Shown piece by piece: positions 1-13,952 of a stretch of DNA of 64,000 nt (within the stretch, counting starts at the first letter, position 1; each line of letters starts with the position of its first letter). The position numbers were made by a program, and so were the translations under genes. Origin of the DNA: Gammaproteobacteria bacterium (GTDB lineage: Bacteria > Pseudomonadota > Gammaproteobacteria > Steroidobacterales > PWYM01); the NCBI GenBank assembly GCA_003567475.1, contig PWZL01000026.1:7886-71885 (forward strand). Direction: 5' to 3'. The notes beneath the pieces were generated by a model, which did not search any database, had not been told where the DNA came from, and saw nothing but the letters and a program-made list of their open reading frames with translations.

Positions 1-2517
1 CGCGAGCTTGACCCGCTGAGCTTCGCCGCCCGAGAGCGTGGTCGCATTCTGGCCCAGTCGCAGGTAGGCCAGGCCGACGTCGGCCAGCGTCTGCAGTTTG
101 CGGGCGAGCGCCGGCACCTTGGCGAAGAACCCCAGCGCGTCTTCCACGGTCAGCTCGAGCACCTCGTGGATGGTGAGTCCCTTGTAGCGGATGTCGAGGG
201 TTTCGCGGTTGTAGCGCCGCCCCTGGCAGACGTCGCAAGGCACGTACACGTCTGGAAGAAAGTGCATTTCGACCTTGAGTACGCCGTCGCCCTGGCAGGC
301 CTCGCAGCGTCCGCCCTTGACGTTGAAGCTGAAACGGCCGGGATCGTAGCCGCGCGAGCGGGCCTCCTGGGTACCCGCGAAGAGCTCGCGGATGGGGGTG
401 AACAGGCCGGTGTAGGTGGCCGGGTTCGAGCGTGGGGTGCGTCCGATGGGTGACTGGCTGATATCGATCACCCGGTCGATGGCCTCAAGGCCCTCGATCG
501 CGCTGGCCAGCGCCGGCGTCTCACCGGCGCCGTTCAGTATCCGCGCCGCATGGCGGTACAGGGTATCGTTGATCAGCGTGCTCTTGCCCGAGCCCGAAAC
601 GCCGGTCACGCAGGTGAACAGCCCAAGCGGGATGTCGACATCAACCGAACGGAGGTTGTTGCCGCGGGCGCCGCGGATGCGCAGCGCCCGCGCCGGGTCC
701 GGGCGGTTGCGAGTGGCGGGCACCGGGATGCGTCGGGCGCCGCTGAGATACTGGCCGGTGAGCGAGGTCGGGCAGGCCATGACCTCCTGAGGGGTGCCCT
801 GAGCGACGACTTCGCCGCCGTGTACGCCGGCGCCCGGGCCCAGGTCCAGCACGTGGTCGGCCGCGAGGATCGCCTCCTCGTCATGTTCCACCACCAGCAC
901 CGTGTTGCCGGTGTCCCGCAGGTGAATCAAGGTGTTGAGCAGGCGCTGGTTGTCGCGCTGGTGCAGACCGATCGAGGGCTCATCGAGCACGTACATGACG
1001 CCGACCAGGCCCGAGCCGATCTGGCTGGCCAGGCGGATGCGCTGGGCCTCGCCGCCGGAGAGCGTGTCGGCGCTGCGATCGAGGCTGAGATAACCCAGCC
1101 CCACATCCACCAGGAAGCGCAGACGTTCAGAGATCTCCTTCACGATGCGCGCCGCCACCTCGCCGCGCCAGCCGGGCAGCAGAAGACGCTGGAAAAAGCG
1201 TGCGGCTTCGCCGATCGACATGGCCGCGATCTCCGGCAGGGCGCGGCCGTCGACGAACACATGGCGTGCGGTGCGGTTCAGGCGGGTCCCGTGACAGTCG
1301 GGACAGGGCCGCACGCTCAGATATTTCGCCAGTTCCTCGCGCACCATGGTCGAGTCGGTCTCGCGATACCGGCGCTCCATGTTCGGCAGGATACCCTCGA
1401 AGGCGTGGCGGCGCGTGGTGGTGCCCCCGCGCGCGCTGGCGTAGCTGAATTCGATTTCTTCCTCGCCACTGCCCTGCAGCAGGATTGTGCGGATCCGCTC
1501 CGGGAGCGCCTCGAAAGGTGCCTCCGGGTCGAAAGCGTAGTGCGCGGCCAGGCTGCCGATCATCTGGAAATACCAGGCATTGCGTCGATCCCAGCCGCGG
1601 ATCGCGCCGCCGGCGACACTGAGCGAGGCATCGCGGACCACCCGCTCGGGGTCGAAGAACTGCTTCACGCCGAGGCCGTCGCAGGTCGGACAGGCGCCGG
1701 CGGGATTGTTGAAAGAGAACATCTTCGGCTCGAGCTGCGGCACGCTGTAGCCGCAGACAGGGCAGGCGAAGCGACTGGAGAAGGTGACCTCCGCACCCTC
1801 GCCATCCAGCGGGGCGATGATCGCGACCCCATCGCTGAGTGCGAGCGCGGTCTCGAGCGACTCGGCCAGCCGCAGGCGCAGGTCGGCACGCACCCGGAAG
1901 CGGTCGACGACGGCCTCGATACGGTGCCGGCGCCGGGCATCCAGGGACGGCAGCGGATCGAGCTCGATGACCTCGCCGTCGATCCGTGCACGCACGAAGC
2001 CCTGTGCCCGCAGTTCGCGCAGCGCCTGCTGGTGTTCGCCCTTGCGGGCCTCGACCACGGGGGCGAGCAGCATCAGCCGGGTGCCCTCGGCCAGGCCAAG
2101 CACCTGGTCGACCATCTGGCTGACGCTGCGAGCCTCGAGCAGTTCGTCGTGGTCCGGGCAGCGGGGCTGGCCGGCGCGCGCGAACAGCAGGCGCAGGTAG
2201 TCGTGGATCTCGGTCACGGTACCGACTGTCGAGCGCGGGTTATGCGAGGTGGATTTCTGTTCGATGGAGATCGCGGGCGACAGGCCCTCGATGTGGTCGA
2301 TGTCGGGCTTCTCCATGACCGAGAGGAACTGGCGCGCATAGGTCGAGAGCGACTCGACGTATCGTCGCTGGCCCTCGGCGTATATCGTGTCGAACGCCAG
2401 CGAGGATTTGCCGGAGCCCGACAGCCCGGTAATCACCGTCAGGCGGTCGCGCGGCAGCTCGACGTCGATGTTCTTCAGGTTGTGGGTCCGTGCGCCACGG
2501 ATCCGGATCGTCTGCAT
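1..2517 (-). CDS. uvrA: Excinuclease ABC subunit A (UvrA), 3' end runs off the window start
   Basis: Reverse translation from the ATG at 2517 gives [64 protein letters not shown].... It is absent from the ORF track because no stop lies in the window. The + strand ORF 550..2643 is its antisense shadow. Confidence 0.95.
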   Translation of the reverse strand, partial: MQTIRIRGARTHNLKNIDVELPRDRLTVITGLSGSGKSSLAFDTIYAEGQRRYVESLSTYARQFLSVMEKPDIDHIEGLSPAISIEQKSTSHNPRSTVGTVTEIHDYLRLLFARAGQPRCPDHDELLEARSVSQMVDQVLGLAEGTRLMLLAPVVEARKGEHQQALRELRAQGFVRARIDGEVIELDPLPSLDARRRHRIEAVVDRFRVRADLRLRLAESLETALALSDGVAIIAPLDGEGAEVTFSSRFACPVCGYSVPQLEPKMFSFNNPAGACPTCDGLGVKQFFDPERVVRDASLSVAGGAIRGWDRRNAWYFQMIGSLAAHYAFDPEAPFEALPERIRTILLQGSGEEEIEFSYASARGGTTTRRHAFEGILPNMERRYRETDSTMVREELAKYLSVRPCPDCHGTRLNRTARHVFVDGRALPEIAAMSIGEAARFFQRLLLPGWRGEVAARIVKEISERLRFLVDVGLGYLSLDRSADTLSGGEAQRIRLASQIGSGLVGVMYVLDEPSIGLHQRDNQRLLNTLIHLRDTGNTVLVVEHDEEAILAADHVLDLGPGAGVHGGEVVAQGTPQEVMACPTSLTGQYLSGARRIPVPATRNRPDPARALRIRGARGNNLRSVDVDIPLGLFTCVTGVSGSGKSTLINDTLYRHAARILNGAGETPALASAIEGLEAIDRVIDISQSPIGRTPRSNPATYTGLFTPIRELFAGTQEARSRGYDPGRFSFNVKGGRCEACQGDGVLKVEMHFLPDVYVPCDVCQGRRYNRETLDIRYKGLTIHEVLELTVEDALGFFAKVPALARKLQTLADVGLAYLRLGQNATTLSGGEAQRVKLA

Positions 2518-2609
2518 GTCGCGCCTCTGGATCCCTCGGGTGGGGCGTGGCCGGGGGGTAAACGTCCTATAATACGGGCGCGACGAGAACCGAGGCAAAG
2601 GGAGGGGGC

Positions 2610-3791
2610 TTGGCGGAATCGACGGTGGAACGCGTGCCGCTGACGGCGGCCGAATGGCGCCATACGGCGCTGGTCGCGGGCGTGTTCTCGATGCGCACCT
2701 TCGGGCTGTTCCTGCTGCTGCCGGTTCTGGCGCTGTATGCTGCCGACCTGCCGGATGCCACGCCGCTGATGGTGGGGCTGGCGGTCGGCATCTATGGCCT
2801 GACCCAGGCGTTGCTGCAGGTGCCTCTCGGCGCGCTTTCCGATCGTGTCGGCCGTCGCCCGGTGGTGGCTGGCGGGCTGGTGGTGTTCGGGCTCGGCGGC
2901 GTACTCGCTGCGCTGTCGCCGGGGATCCTCGGTATCGTTGCCGGAAGAGCCCTGCAGGGGGCCGGTGCCATCTCCGGGGCGCTCAGTGCCAGTCTCGCTG
3001 ACCATACGCGAGACGAGGTGCGCACGCGGGCCATGGCGCTGCTCGGCGCGACCATGGGTCTGTCGTTTATTGGCGCCATGGTGCTGGCGCCGCCGCTCGC
3101 GGCCGTGATCGGTATTCGCGGCCTGTTCTGGTTCTCGGCACTGCTGGCGGCGGTGGCCGTGATGGCCGTGCTGGTCGCCCTGCCCGGCGGTGGTCCCAAG
3201 GGCGAGTCGGTGGCCCGCGGCGGTTGGCTGGTGGCGCTCGCGGATCGTGGGCTGATGCGGCTGAACTTCGGTGCCTTCATCCTGCATATGGTGTTGACTG
3301 CCACCTTCGTGACCTTGCCGGTGATGCTGCGAGATGAGGTGTTGTTGCCGGTCGCTCAGCACGGGCCGCTGTATCTCGGCGCGCTGGTGCTGTCACTGGC
3401 GGTGGTGATCCCGATGGTGATTGCCAGCGACGGCCGGCGGGCGCGCCCCGAGCTGCCGATGGTCGCCTTCGGCCTGCTGGCGGCGGGTCAGTTGTGGCTG
3501 GCGGCAGGTGGGGCGACGGTGGTCTCGGTGCTCGTGGCCATGACCGTATTCTTCGCCGGCTTCAATTACCTGGAGGCACGCCTGCCGGCGCTGCTGAGCC
3601 AGCGCGCCCCGCTGGGGCTTCGTGGTGCGGCGCTCGGGTTGTTCGGCGCGGCACAGTTCCTCGGCGCGTTTTTCGGCGGCGCGCTGGGCGGCGCTGTGCA
3701 GGGACAATGGGGGTCGGCCGGGGTGTTCTCGGCGGCGGCATGTGCCGGGGCAGCGGGCGCGCTGCTGCTGCGGGAGCGTCGCCGGGTCTGA
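2610..3791 (+). CDS. MFS-type transporter (about 12 hydrophobic helices)
   Basis: 393-aa hydrophobic ORF with the MFS-like loop [11 protein letters not shown]. It lies divergent from uvrA and upstream of ssb, as in many gammaproteobacteria. The TTG start is uncertain. Confidence 0.75.
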   Translation: MAESTVERVPLTAAEWRHTALVAGVFSMRTFGLFLLLPVLALYAADLPDATPLMVGLAVGIYGLTQALLQVPLGALSDRVGRRPVVAGGLVVFGLGGVLAALSPGILGIVAGRALQGAGAISGALSASLADHTRDEVRTRAMALLGATMGLSFIGAMVLAPPLAAVIGIRGLFWFSALLAAVAVMAVLVALPGGGPKGESVARGGWLVALADRGLMRLNFGAFILHMVLTATFVTLPVMLRDEVLLPVAQHGPLYLGALVLSLAVVIPMVIASDGRRARPELPMVAFGLLAAGQLWLAAGGATVVSVLVAMTVFFAGFNYLEARLPALLSQRAPLGLRGAALGLFGAAQFLGAFFGGALGGAVQGQWGSAGVFSAAACAGAAGALLLRERRRV

Positions 3792-3970
3792 GCCTCACCG
3801 GGCGATGGGCGCGGGGGTTGGCGAGGCGGCAGGTCGCGTATGGCCGGGAGTTTGCAGCGTTCCCGCCTCGATTCGTCGGGTGTGCCCGGCGAGCGCCTAC
3901 CGTACAATGTCGGCACGTCAGTTCAGGATCGCCCGCGGCGCCGCCGCCGGGCAGCGCAGGGGAGAGGCTC

Positions 3971-4450
3971 ATGGCACGCGGAATCAACAAGGTCATTCTG
4001 GTCGGTAACCTCGGCGCGGATCCCGAAACGCGCTATACGCCGGGCGGTGCGGCCGTCACCAACATCCGCATCGCGACCTCGGAGAGCTGGAAGGACAAGC
4101 AGACCGGCGAGCAGCAGGAGCGCACCGAATGGCATCGCGTGGTGTTTTTCGGTCGGCTGGCCGAGATTGCCGCGGAATACTTGCGCAAGGGCTCTCAGGT
4201 CTACGTTGAGGGTGCCCTGCGGACCAACAAATGGCAGGGCCAGGACGGGCAGGACCGCTACACCACGGAAGTCATTGCCAACGAGATGCAGATGCTCGGG
4301 GGCCGAGGGGGGGGTGACATGGGCGGTGGCCGCGGGGCTTCCGGCGCGCAGTCGGGTCAGCGTGGTGGCGCTCGTCGGGAAGAGCAGGCCGCCGCCGGCA
4401 GCGGCGGGAGTGGCCTCGACGACGGCTTCGACGACGAAATCCCCTTTTAG
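3971..4450 (+). CDS. ssb: Single-stranded DNA-binding protein
   Basis: An internal ATG of track ORF 3494..4450 gives [26 protein letters not shown]...[30 protein letters not shown], followed by a Gly-rich tail ending DDEIPF. Confidence 0.95.
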   Translation: MARGINKVILVGNLGADPETRYTPGGAAVTNIRIATSESWKDKQTGEQQERTEWHRVVFFGRLAEIAAEYLRKGSQVYVEGALRTNKWQGQDGQDRYTTEVIANEMQMLGGRGGGDMGGGRGASGAQSGQRGGARREEQAAAGSGGSGLDDGFDDEIPF

Positions 4451-4550
4451 AGGTCGGTGCAGCCCGCCCAGGGATGCTGGTGGGGCAGCCCACTGGTATA
4501 CTGACAGGTTCGGAATTTACAGGAGTGAGCGCGGCCCGGCCGCAGAGCCC

Positions 4551-5900
4551 ATGCCCAACAAGCTGTATGTGCAGACTTTCGGCTGCCAGATGAACGAGTA
4601 CGACTCGGACAAGATGGCGGACGTATTGCGCGAATCCCATGGCCTCGAGCTCACCGCCCATCCCGAAGAGGCCGACGTTCTGCTGCTCAACACCTGCTCG
4701 GTGCGCGAGAAAGCGCAGGAGAAGGTGTTCTCGCTGCTGGGGCGGTGGCGGGCGTTCAAGGAGGTCCGTCCTGGTACGGTCATCGGCGTGGGCGGCTGCG
4801 TCGCAAGCCAGGAGGGCGCGGCCATTCGCGAGCGGGCGCCTTTCGTCGACATGGTGTTCGGGCCGCAGACGCTCCACCGCCTGCCGGCAATGCTCGAGCA
4901 GGTCACGGAAGGTCGCGGTGCGGCCATCGATGTCAGTTTTCCCGAGATCGAGAAGTTCGATCGTCTGCCCGAGCCACGGGCCGACGGGCCGACCGCGTTC
5001 GTGTCCATCATGGAAGGCTGCAGCAAGTACTGCTCGTTCTGCGTCGTGCCCTACACCCGCGGTGAAGAGGTCAGTCGTCCCTTCGACGACGTCATCGTCG
5101 AGGTGGTCCAGCTGGCAGCTCAGGGTGTGCGCGAGGTGACGCTGCTCGGCCAGAACGTCAATGCCTACCGCGGTCCGATGCACGACGGCACACTCGCCGA
5201 TCTGGCGACGCTCATCCACTACGTCGCCGCCATCGACGGGATCGAGCGCATCCGGTTCACCACCTCGCACCCGGTGGAGTTCACCGATGCCCTGATCCAG
5301 GCCTATGCCGACGTCCCGAAGTTGGCAAGCTTCCTGCACCTGCCCGTGCAGAGCGGTTCGGACCGGGTACTGGCGCGCATGAAACGGGGCCATACCGCGA
5401 TCGAATACAAGCAGAAGATCCGGCGTCTCCGTGAGGCGCGACCCACTCTCTGCATTTCATCGGATTTCATCGTCGGGTTCCCGGGCGAGACCGACGCGGA
5501 CTTCGCCGCCACCATGGCGCTGATTCGTGACGTCGGCTTCGACCAGTCCTTCAGCTTCGCCTACAGCCCCCGCCCCGGGACGCCGGCGGGCGGTTTTGCC
5601 GAGCAGGTCCCCGAGGCGGTGAAAAAACAGCGGCTCGGGTTGTTGCAGGCGCGGGTGACCCAGCAGGCCCAGGCCATCAGTGAAGCCATGATCGGCACCC
5701 GCCAGCGGGTCCTGCTGGAGCGGCCCTCGAAGAAAGACCCGCGCCAGCTCGCCGGGCGCACCGAGAATATGCGCTGGGTCAACCTCGACGCCGATCCCGG
5801 CTGGCTCGGCGAGTTCGTCGACGTTCAAATCACCGAGGCGCTGCCCAACTCGCTGCGCGGACGTATCGTCGGCCCGCCCGCCCGGCGCGACGTCGCTTGA
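4551..5900 (+). CDS. miaB: tRNA-i6A37 methylthiotransferase MiaB (radical SAM)
   Basis: An internal ATG of ORF 3840..5900 gives [26 protein letters not shown]. The radical-SAM cluster motif is [15 protein letters not shown]. Confidence 0.93.
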   Translation: MPNKLYVQTFGCQMNEYDSDKMADVLRESHGLELTAHPEEADVLLLNTCSVREKAQEKVFSLLGRWRAFKEVRPGTVIGVGGCVASQEGAAIRERAPFVDMVFGPQTLHRLPAMLEQVTEGRGAAIDVSFPEIEKFDRLPEPRADGPTAFVSIMEGCSKYCSFCVVPYTRGEEVSRPFDDVIVEVVQLAAQGVREVTLLGQNVNAYRGPMHDGTLADLATLIHYVAAIDGIERIRFTTSHPVEFTDALIQAYADVPKLASFLHLPVQSGSDRVLARMKRGHTAIEYKQKIRRLREARPTLCISSDFIVGFPGETDADFAATMALIRDVGFDQSFSFAYSPRPGTPAGGFAEQVPEAVKKQRLGLLQARVTQQAQAISEAMIGTRQRVLLERPSKKDPRQLAGRTENMRWVNLDADPGWLGEFVDVQITEALPNSLRGRIVGPPARRDVA

Positions 5901-5913
5901 CCGGACGCCCCGA

Positions 5914-6930
5914 TTGAACGCGACCGATACTTCCCGCGACGTGCTGCTCGAACCGGCCGACAACCAGCGACTGGCAAACGTGTGCGGCCAGTTCGATGAA
6001 CATCTGCGCCAGATCGAGCGGCGCCTCAAGGTCAATATCAGCAACCGCGGTAACCGTTTCCGGGTCAGCGGCAGCGAGGCCGGTGCCGAGACCTGCGAGC
6101 AGGTGCTGCAACGACTGTTCGCCTTGAGTGGTGACGAACATATCGACCCGGAGCGCGTCCATATGTGCCTCCAGGAGGCCGGGATGGAGCCGGCCCCGGC
6201 GGTGCCGTTGGCCGATGCCGATCCGGCGGTGATTCGCACCCGACGCCGTGCCTTGCGTGGGCGCGGTCAGAATCAGGTCAACTATATCGCCAGCATCCGC
6301 AGTCGCGACCTGAGCTTCGGGATTGGTCCGGCCGGGACGGGGAAGACCTATCTGGCGGTGGCCTGCGCCGTCGAGGCGCTGGAGGCCGAGGCGGTGCGTC
6401 GCATCGTGCTGGTCCGCCCGGCGGTGGAAGCCGGCGAGCGGCTGGGGTTCCTGCCTGGTGACATGTCGCAGAAGGTCGACCCCTACCTCAGGCCGATGTA
6501 TGACGCACTCTACGACACCATGGGCTTCGAGCGGGTGGGTCGGCTGATCGAGCGCAACGTCATTGAAGTCGCCCCCCTGGCATTCATGCGCGGGCGCTCG
6601 CTCAACGACGCCTTCGTCATCCTCGACGAGGCGCAGAACACCAGCATCGAACAGATGAAGATGTTCCTGACCCGGATTGGGTTCGGCTCCCGGGCTGTGG
6701 TGACCGGGGACATCACCCAGACTGATCTGCCGCGGGGCCAGGCCTCGGGGCTGTCGCACGTGATCCGGGTACTCGCCGGCATCGACGACATCGCATTCTG
6801 TCACTTCACTGCCCGCGACGTGGTGCGCCATCCGCTGGTACAGACCATCGTGCAGGCCTACGACGCCTTCGCGGCGCAGGAGGCGGCCACGCCTGCGGAC
6901 ACGCCCCCACGGCGGGGCCGCGGCAGCTAG
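5914..6930 (+). CDS. ybeZ: PhoH-like ATPase (YbeZ)
   Basis: Walker A GPAGTGKTYLAV, plus RPAVEAGERLGFLPGD and ILDEAQNT. It sits in the conserved miaB-ybeZ-ybeY-corC-lnt order. Confidence 0.9.
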   Translation: MNATDTSRDVLLEPADNQRLANVCGQFDEHLRQIERRLKVNISNRGNRFRVSGSEAGAETCEQVLQRLFALSGDEHIDPERVHMCLQEAGMEPAPAVPLADADPAVIRTRRRALRGRGQNQVNYIASIRSRDLSFGIGPAGTGKTYLAVACAVEALEAEAVRRIVLVRPAVEAGERLGFLPGDMSQKVDPYLRPMYDALYDTMGFERVGRLIERNVIEVAPLAFMRGRSLNDAFVILDEAQNTSIEQMKMFLTRIGFGSRAVVTGDITQTDLPRGQASGLSHVIRVLAGIDDIAFCHFTARDVVRHPLVQTIVQAYDAFAAQEAATPADTPPRRGRGS

Positions 6931-6935
6931 GCGCC

Positions 6936-7445
6936 GTGGGCCTCGCAGTAGACATCGAGATGGCCGTGACCGCCGGCCGACGTGGTCTGCCGACACGCAG
7001 GTGCTTCCGCCACTGGGTCGCGCTCGCTGCGGCAGCCTGTGGCGTGGACCATGGCGAGGTGGCGATCCGGGTGGTCGATGAGCCCGAGGGCGCAGCCCTT
7101 AATGGCCAATGGCGGGGACGTCAGGGAGCCACCAATGTGCTGTCTTTCCCGGCGGGTGAGATGCCCGCAGTCGCCGGCCTGACCCCGCACCTCGGGGATC
7201 TTGTGCTCTGTGCCCCCGTCGTGTGCGAGGAGGCGCGCGCGCAGGGCAAACCGGTGGCTGAGCATTGGGCTCATCTGGTGGTGCACGGGACGTTGCACCT
7301 GCTGGGCCACGACCACGAGCGCCCGGCAGACGCCGAGCGTATGGAGACTCTGGAAGTACGCCTGCTAGGGGGTCTCGGCATTGCCGATCCCTACCAGCAG
7401 CGGCTGGCTTCCCCGCTTGCGAGGAGATCCGCGAATCATGAGTGA
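6936..7445 (+). CDS. ybeY: rRNA maturation endoribonuclease YbeY
   Basis: Metal-binding motif HLVVHGTLHLLGHDHE, plus TNVLSFP. GTG start. Confidence 0.9.
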   Translation: MGLAVDIEMAVTAGRRGLPTRRCFRHWVALAAAACGVDHGEVAIRVVDEPEGAALNGQWRGRQGATNVLSFPAGEMPAVAGLTPHLGDLVLCAPVVCEEARAQGKPVAEHWAHLVVHGTLHLLGHDHERPADAERMETLEVRLLGGLGIADPYQQRLASPLARRSANHE

Positions 7446-8298
7446 TGACCAACCTCCCAGTACCAGCGGCTCTGCAGGCCGAGGCCTTTGGGCGCGTCTC
7501 GCGCGTGCCTGGTCCGGCGAACTGCAGAGCCGTGATGACGTGCTCGCCGTGCTTAGTGAGGCGGGCTACAAGGGACTGCTGGAGCCCGGCGAACAGGCGA
7601 TGCTGCTGGGCGTGCTCTGCGTCTCCGAGGAGCAGGTCCGCGATGTGATGGTGCCCCGCTCGCAGATGGTTGTGCTGGACCGTGACGCCGAGCCAGCCGA
7701 ATGGCTCGGCATCATCATTTCTTCCGGTCACTCCCGCTTCCCGGTCATCGGGGAGGACCGCGACGAAGTGCTCGGGATCCTGTTGGCCAAGGATCTGCTG
7801 CGGATGTATGCCGACGGCGAGGCGAGCAACGCCGCGGCCTTGAAACTCATGCGCCCGGCCGTGTTCATACCGGAGAGCAAGCGCCTGAACACGCTGCTGA
7901 ACGAGTTCCGCGAGAGCCACAACCACATGGCGATCGTGGTGGACGAGTACGGCGGAGTGGCCGGCCTGCTCACCATCGAGGATGTGCTCGAGGAGATCGT
8001 CGGCGATATCGACGACGAGCATGACCCCGACGAAGACCATGACATCCAGCCTGACGACAAGGGGGGTTTCATCGTGCGCGCATTGACCCGGGTGGAAGAT
8101 TTCAACGAGCATTTCACCACTCATCTCTCCGATGACGAGTGCGACACCATTGGCGGTCTGGTCATCCAGGTCCTGGGGCGCATGCCCCGTCGTGGCGATA
8201 CCGTAGAACTGGAGGGCCTTCGGCTGCGCGTCCTGCGCGCGGACCGTCGTCGCGTCGACAGCCTGCACGTCACGCACCTCGCCGCCGACGGCGGCTGA
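7438..8298 (+). CDS. corC: CBS-domain Mg/Co efflux-associated protein CorC/YbeX
   Basis: The ATG at 7438 overlaps the ybeY stop. CBS-pair region, and DEYGGVAGLLTIEDVLEEIVGDIDDEHD of the CorC_HlyC type. Confidence 0.9.
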   Translation: MSDDQPPSTSGSAGRGLWARLARAWSGELQSRDDVLAVLSEAGYKGLLEPGEQAMLLGVLCVSEEQVRDVMVPRSQMVVLDRDAEPAEWLGIIISSGHSRFPVIGEDRDEVLGILLAKDLLRMYADGEASNAAALKLMRPAVFIPESKRLNTLLNEFRESHNHMAIVVDEYGGVAGLLTIEDVLEEIVGDIDDEHDPDEDHDIQPDDKGGFIVRALTRVEDFNEHFTTHLSDDECDTIGGLVIQVLGRMPRRGDTVELEGLRLRVLRADRRRVDSLHVTHLAADGG

Positions 8299-8309
8299 GG
8301 CTCCGGCTG

Positions 8310-9812
8310 GTGGGATCTGCCGTGCCCACGCTGCTGCGCCGTTATCCCGGCTGGCTGGCATTGGCGATGGGCGCGGCGATGCCGCTCGCATTTGCGCCTT
8401 TCGGTGTCTGGTGGCTGTCCCCGCTGCTGCTCGCGGGCCTGTTTCTGCTCTGGGATGGCGCTACGCCGCGCGCAGCCGCGCGCCTCGGGCTGGCTTTCGG
8501 CTTCGGTCATTTCCTGGCGGGGACGTACTGGATCTACATCAGCATCCATGTGTTCGGCGAGGCGCCGCTGCTGCTCGCGGTCGTGCTGATGCTGCTGGTG
8601 GTGCTGATCATGGCCGGCTACTTCGCGGTGCTCGGCTGGTTCAGCGCGCGAGTGGCACCGACAGCCGGCCCGGGGCGCTGGCTGCTGGTGCTGCCGGCGG
8701 CCTGGGTGCTGGTGGAGTGGCTGCGCGGCTGGTTGTTCACGGGCTTCGCCTGGCTCGCGCTGGGCTATGCCCAGTCAGACAGCTGGCTGGCCGGATTTGC
8801 CCCTGTGTTCGGTGTCTACGGCGCCAGTCTTGCCGTGGCGCTGTCGGCGGGTGCGCTGTGCTGTCTGGCCGCCGGGCGGGGGGTGACGTCGAGGCTGGCG
8901 GGAGGCGTGGTGTTGCTGCTGGTCTGGGGTCTGGCGGCGGTGCTCGATCGGGTCAGCTGGACCGAACCGCAGTCCACCGGGCTGGACGTCGCGCTGATCC
9001 AGGGCAATGTCTCGCAGGATCTCAAATGGGACCCGGAGCAGTTCGCCGCGACGCTCGAACTCTACGAAACCCTGACCGTCGAGGCGCTGGGTCACGACCT
9101 GGTGGTCTGGCCCGAAGCCGCCATTCCGGCACTCGCCCACGAAGTCGCCGGTTACCTGGAACACATTAGATCGCTCGCCGAGGCGTCCGGCAGCGCCGTG
9201 ATGCTAGGGATCCTGCGCTATGATTTCCGCGACCGGCGCTACGAGAACACCCTGCTGGCCCTCGGCGAGACGCCACAGTTCTATGTCAAGCGCCACCTCG
9301 TCCCATTCGGCGAATATTTTCCTGTACCCGCATGGCTGCGCAATTGGCTGAGACTGCTGAGCCTACCCTATACCGACATCTCGGCAGGGGCCGAGGGGCA
9401 GCGACCGTTGCGGCTGGCTGGCCAGGTGTTTGCCCCGTCGATCTGCTATGAGGCGTTGTTCGGCGCCAGTCAGCTGGTGTTTCAGCCCGAAGCGACGCTG
9501 CTGGTGAACGTCAGCAATGACGCCTGGTTCGGCGACTCGATCGCCCCGCACCAGCACCTGCAGATTGCCCGTCTGCGATCACTGGAAACCGGTCGCTGGA
9601 TGCTGCGGGCCACCAATACCGGCATTTCTGCGCTGATCGACCCGGCGGGCCGGGTGGTGCAGCGTTCGCCGCAGTTCGAGACTTACGTGCTCAGTGGCCG
9701 AGTGGTGGGCCATGAGGGTGCAACCCCCTATGTGACGCTGGGCAACCGCGCCATCCTGCTGTTGGCCGGGATACTGCTGCTGGCTGGCGGGATCGCCACC
9801 CGGCGCGGCTGA
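8310..9812 (+). CDS. lnt: Apolipoprotein N-acyltransferase
   Basis: N-terminal multi-TM region followed by a nitrilase-like domain (VVWPEAAIP, SICYEALF). I chose the GTG just after the corC stop; the start could shift by a few codons. Confidence 0.85.
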   Translation: MGSAVPTLLRRYPGWLALAMGAAMPLAFAPFGVWWLSPLLLAGLFLLWDGATPRAAARLGLAFGFGHFLAGTYWIYISIHVFGEAPLLLAVVLMLLVVLIMAGYFAVLGWFSARVAPTAGPGRWLLVLPAAWVLVEWLRGWLFTGFAWLALGYAQSDSWLAGFAPVFGVYGASLAVALSAGALCCLAAGRGVTSRLAGGVVLLLVWGLAAVLDRVSWTEPQSTGLDVALIQGNVSQDLKWDPEQFAATLELYETLTVEALGHDLVVWPEAAIPALAHEVAGYLEHIRSLAEASGSAVMLGILRYDFRDRRYENTLLALGETPQFYVKRHLVPFGEYFPVPAWLRNWLRLLSLPYTDISAGAEGQRPLRLAGQVFAPSICYEALFGASQLVFQPEATLLVNVSNDAWFGDSIAPHQHLQIARLRSLETGRWMLRATNTGISALIDPAGRVVQRSPQFETYVLSGRVVGHEGATPYVTLGNRAILLLAGILLLAGGIATRRG

Positions 9813-12855
<3,043 letters not shown>

Positions 12856-12866
12856 CGGCGGCAGCC

Positions 12867-13367
12867 GTGGCTGCGGCGAGGCTCACGGTCGTCACCGTCG
12901 GCGACCTCCAGGGCCATGCCCTGTGCGAGCTGCTGGCGCGTTACCACACCCGACGTCTCGACATCCCCGCTGGCGCGGCCATTCCAGGCAGCTACTGGAG
13001 TGCTCCGGAAGCCGGCCTGGTCGGTGATGCCCTGGCCCTGCGCGCCGATACCCCGGTGCACTCGGCGCTTCATGAGCTTGCGCACCGTGTGTGCATGGAT
13101 GACGTGCGCCGCCGGCAGCTGGATACGGATGCCGGCGGCAGTGATGAGGAGGAGTGCGCCGTGTGTTACCTGCAGGTGCTGCTGGCCGACTGGCTGCCGG
13201 ATGTGGGCCGCCTGCGCCTGCTGGCCGACATGGATGTCTGGGGTTACAGCTTTCGCGAGGGCTCGGCTGCGGCGTGGTTTGCCGGCGATGGCAGGGACGC
13301 TCGCGCGTGGCTGCTCACACGGGGGCTGATCGATGCCCACGCCCGCCCCACCTGGCGGCTGGCCTGA
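12867..13367 (+). CDS. Hypothetical 166-aa protein with an HExxH motif
   Basis: GC3-rich codon pattern supports coding. Motifs are HSALHELAHRVCMDD (HExxH) and ECAVCY. I recognise no family. Confidence 0.55.
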   Translation: MAAARLTVVTVGDLQGHALCELLARYHTRRLDIPAGAAIPGSYWSAPEAGLVGDALALRADTPVHSALHELAHRVCMDDVRRRQLDTDAGGSDEEECAVCYLQVLLADWLPDVGRLRLLADMDVWGYSFREGSAAAWFAGDGRDARAWLLTRGLIDAHARPTWRLA

Positions 13368-13376
13368 GCGCGAGAT

Positions 13377-13856
13377 TCAGAGTTTCGTCGGGTTGGGCTG
13401 GCCTGGATACATCTGCTCGAATTCGAAGGCCTTGTCGCTCATCGTGAATTCGAGCCTGCGCGGGCCGTCGGCGTGGGCCTTGCCGACGGGCACCCGCCGG
13501 TAGAAACACGAGCGATAGCCGACGTGGCAGCTGACGCCGCCGTCGATCTCGACCCGCAGCCAGACGCAGTCCTGATCATCGTCGATGAGCAGCTCCCGCA
13601 CATGCTGCACCAGCCCGCTCGTCTCCCCCTTGCGCCAGAGGGCCTGGCGGGAGCGGCTGAAGTAGTGTGCCTGACCGGTCTCGATGGTCAGACGCAGGGC
13701 CTCGGCATTCATGTAGCCGACCATCAGGAGTTCGCCGGTGGCGACATCCGTGGTGACGGCCGGAATCAGGCCGTGTTCGTCGAAGCGGGGCGCAAGTTCC
13801 GTGCCTTCTTCGACCTGTTCCACCGAGCGGCGCTCGGCAAAAGGGGTGCTGGACAT
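13377..13856 (-). CDS. hisI: Phosphoribosyl-AMP cyclohydrolase (monofunctional HisI)
   Basis: An internal ATG (13856) of ORF 13377..14720 gives [10 protein letters not shown]...[53 protein letters not shown]...[24 protein letters not shown]. Confidence 0.85.
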   Translation of the reverse strand: MSSTPFAERRSVEQVEEGTELAPRFDEHGLIPAVTTDVATGELLMVGYMNAEALRLTIETGQAHYFSRSRQALWRKGETSGLVQHVRELLIDDDQDCVWLRVEIDGGVSCHVGYRSCFYRRVPVGKAHADGPRRLEFTMSDKAFEFEQMYPGQPNPTKL

Positions 13857-13952
13857 GACGGTTCCATCAGGATGTGGACCCCCGATTATACGGCCGCGCG
13901 TCGCGGCGGTCATGCCGCGGGGCTGGACAGCATTGTTATACTCATCCAGACC

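Noticed and set aside
550-2643. 697-aa + strand ORF, the longest ORF at the left edge
   Set aside because: It is Arg/Ala/Gly-rich with no recognisable motifs. The opposite strand encodes an unmistakable UvrA. This is a typical antisense shadow ORF of high-GC DNA.
2518-3970. Search for LexA SOS boxes (CTGT-N8-ACAG) in the uvrA/MFS divergent region (2518..2609) and upstream of ssb (3792..3970)
   Set aside because: I could see no match to the gammaproteobacterial consensus. Only sigma70-like -10 hexamers are present (TATAAT at 2566..2571; TACAAT upstream of ssb). No regulatory claim is made.
3494-5900. N-terminal extensions of track ORFs: 3494..4450, 3840..5900, 13473..15326, 13377..14720, 26789..28249, 36961..38220, 50913..52109 and 62006..62710
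   Set aside because: The extensions overlap neighbouring genes or regulatory RNA and have shadow-ORF composition. Internal ATGs reproduce canonical N-termini ([11 protein letters not shown], Mia[16 protein letters not shown], CysS, HisI, ExeA-like MYGEHF, Coq7, GcvT, Ppa).
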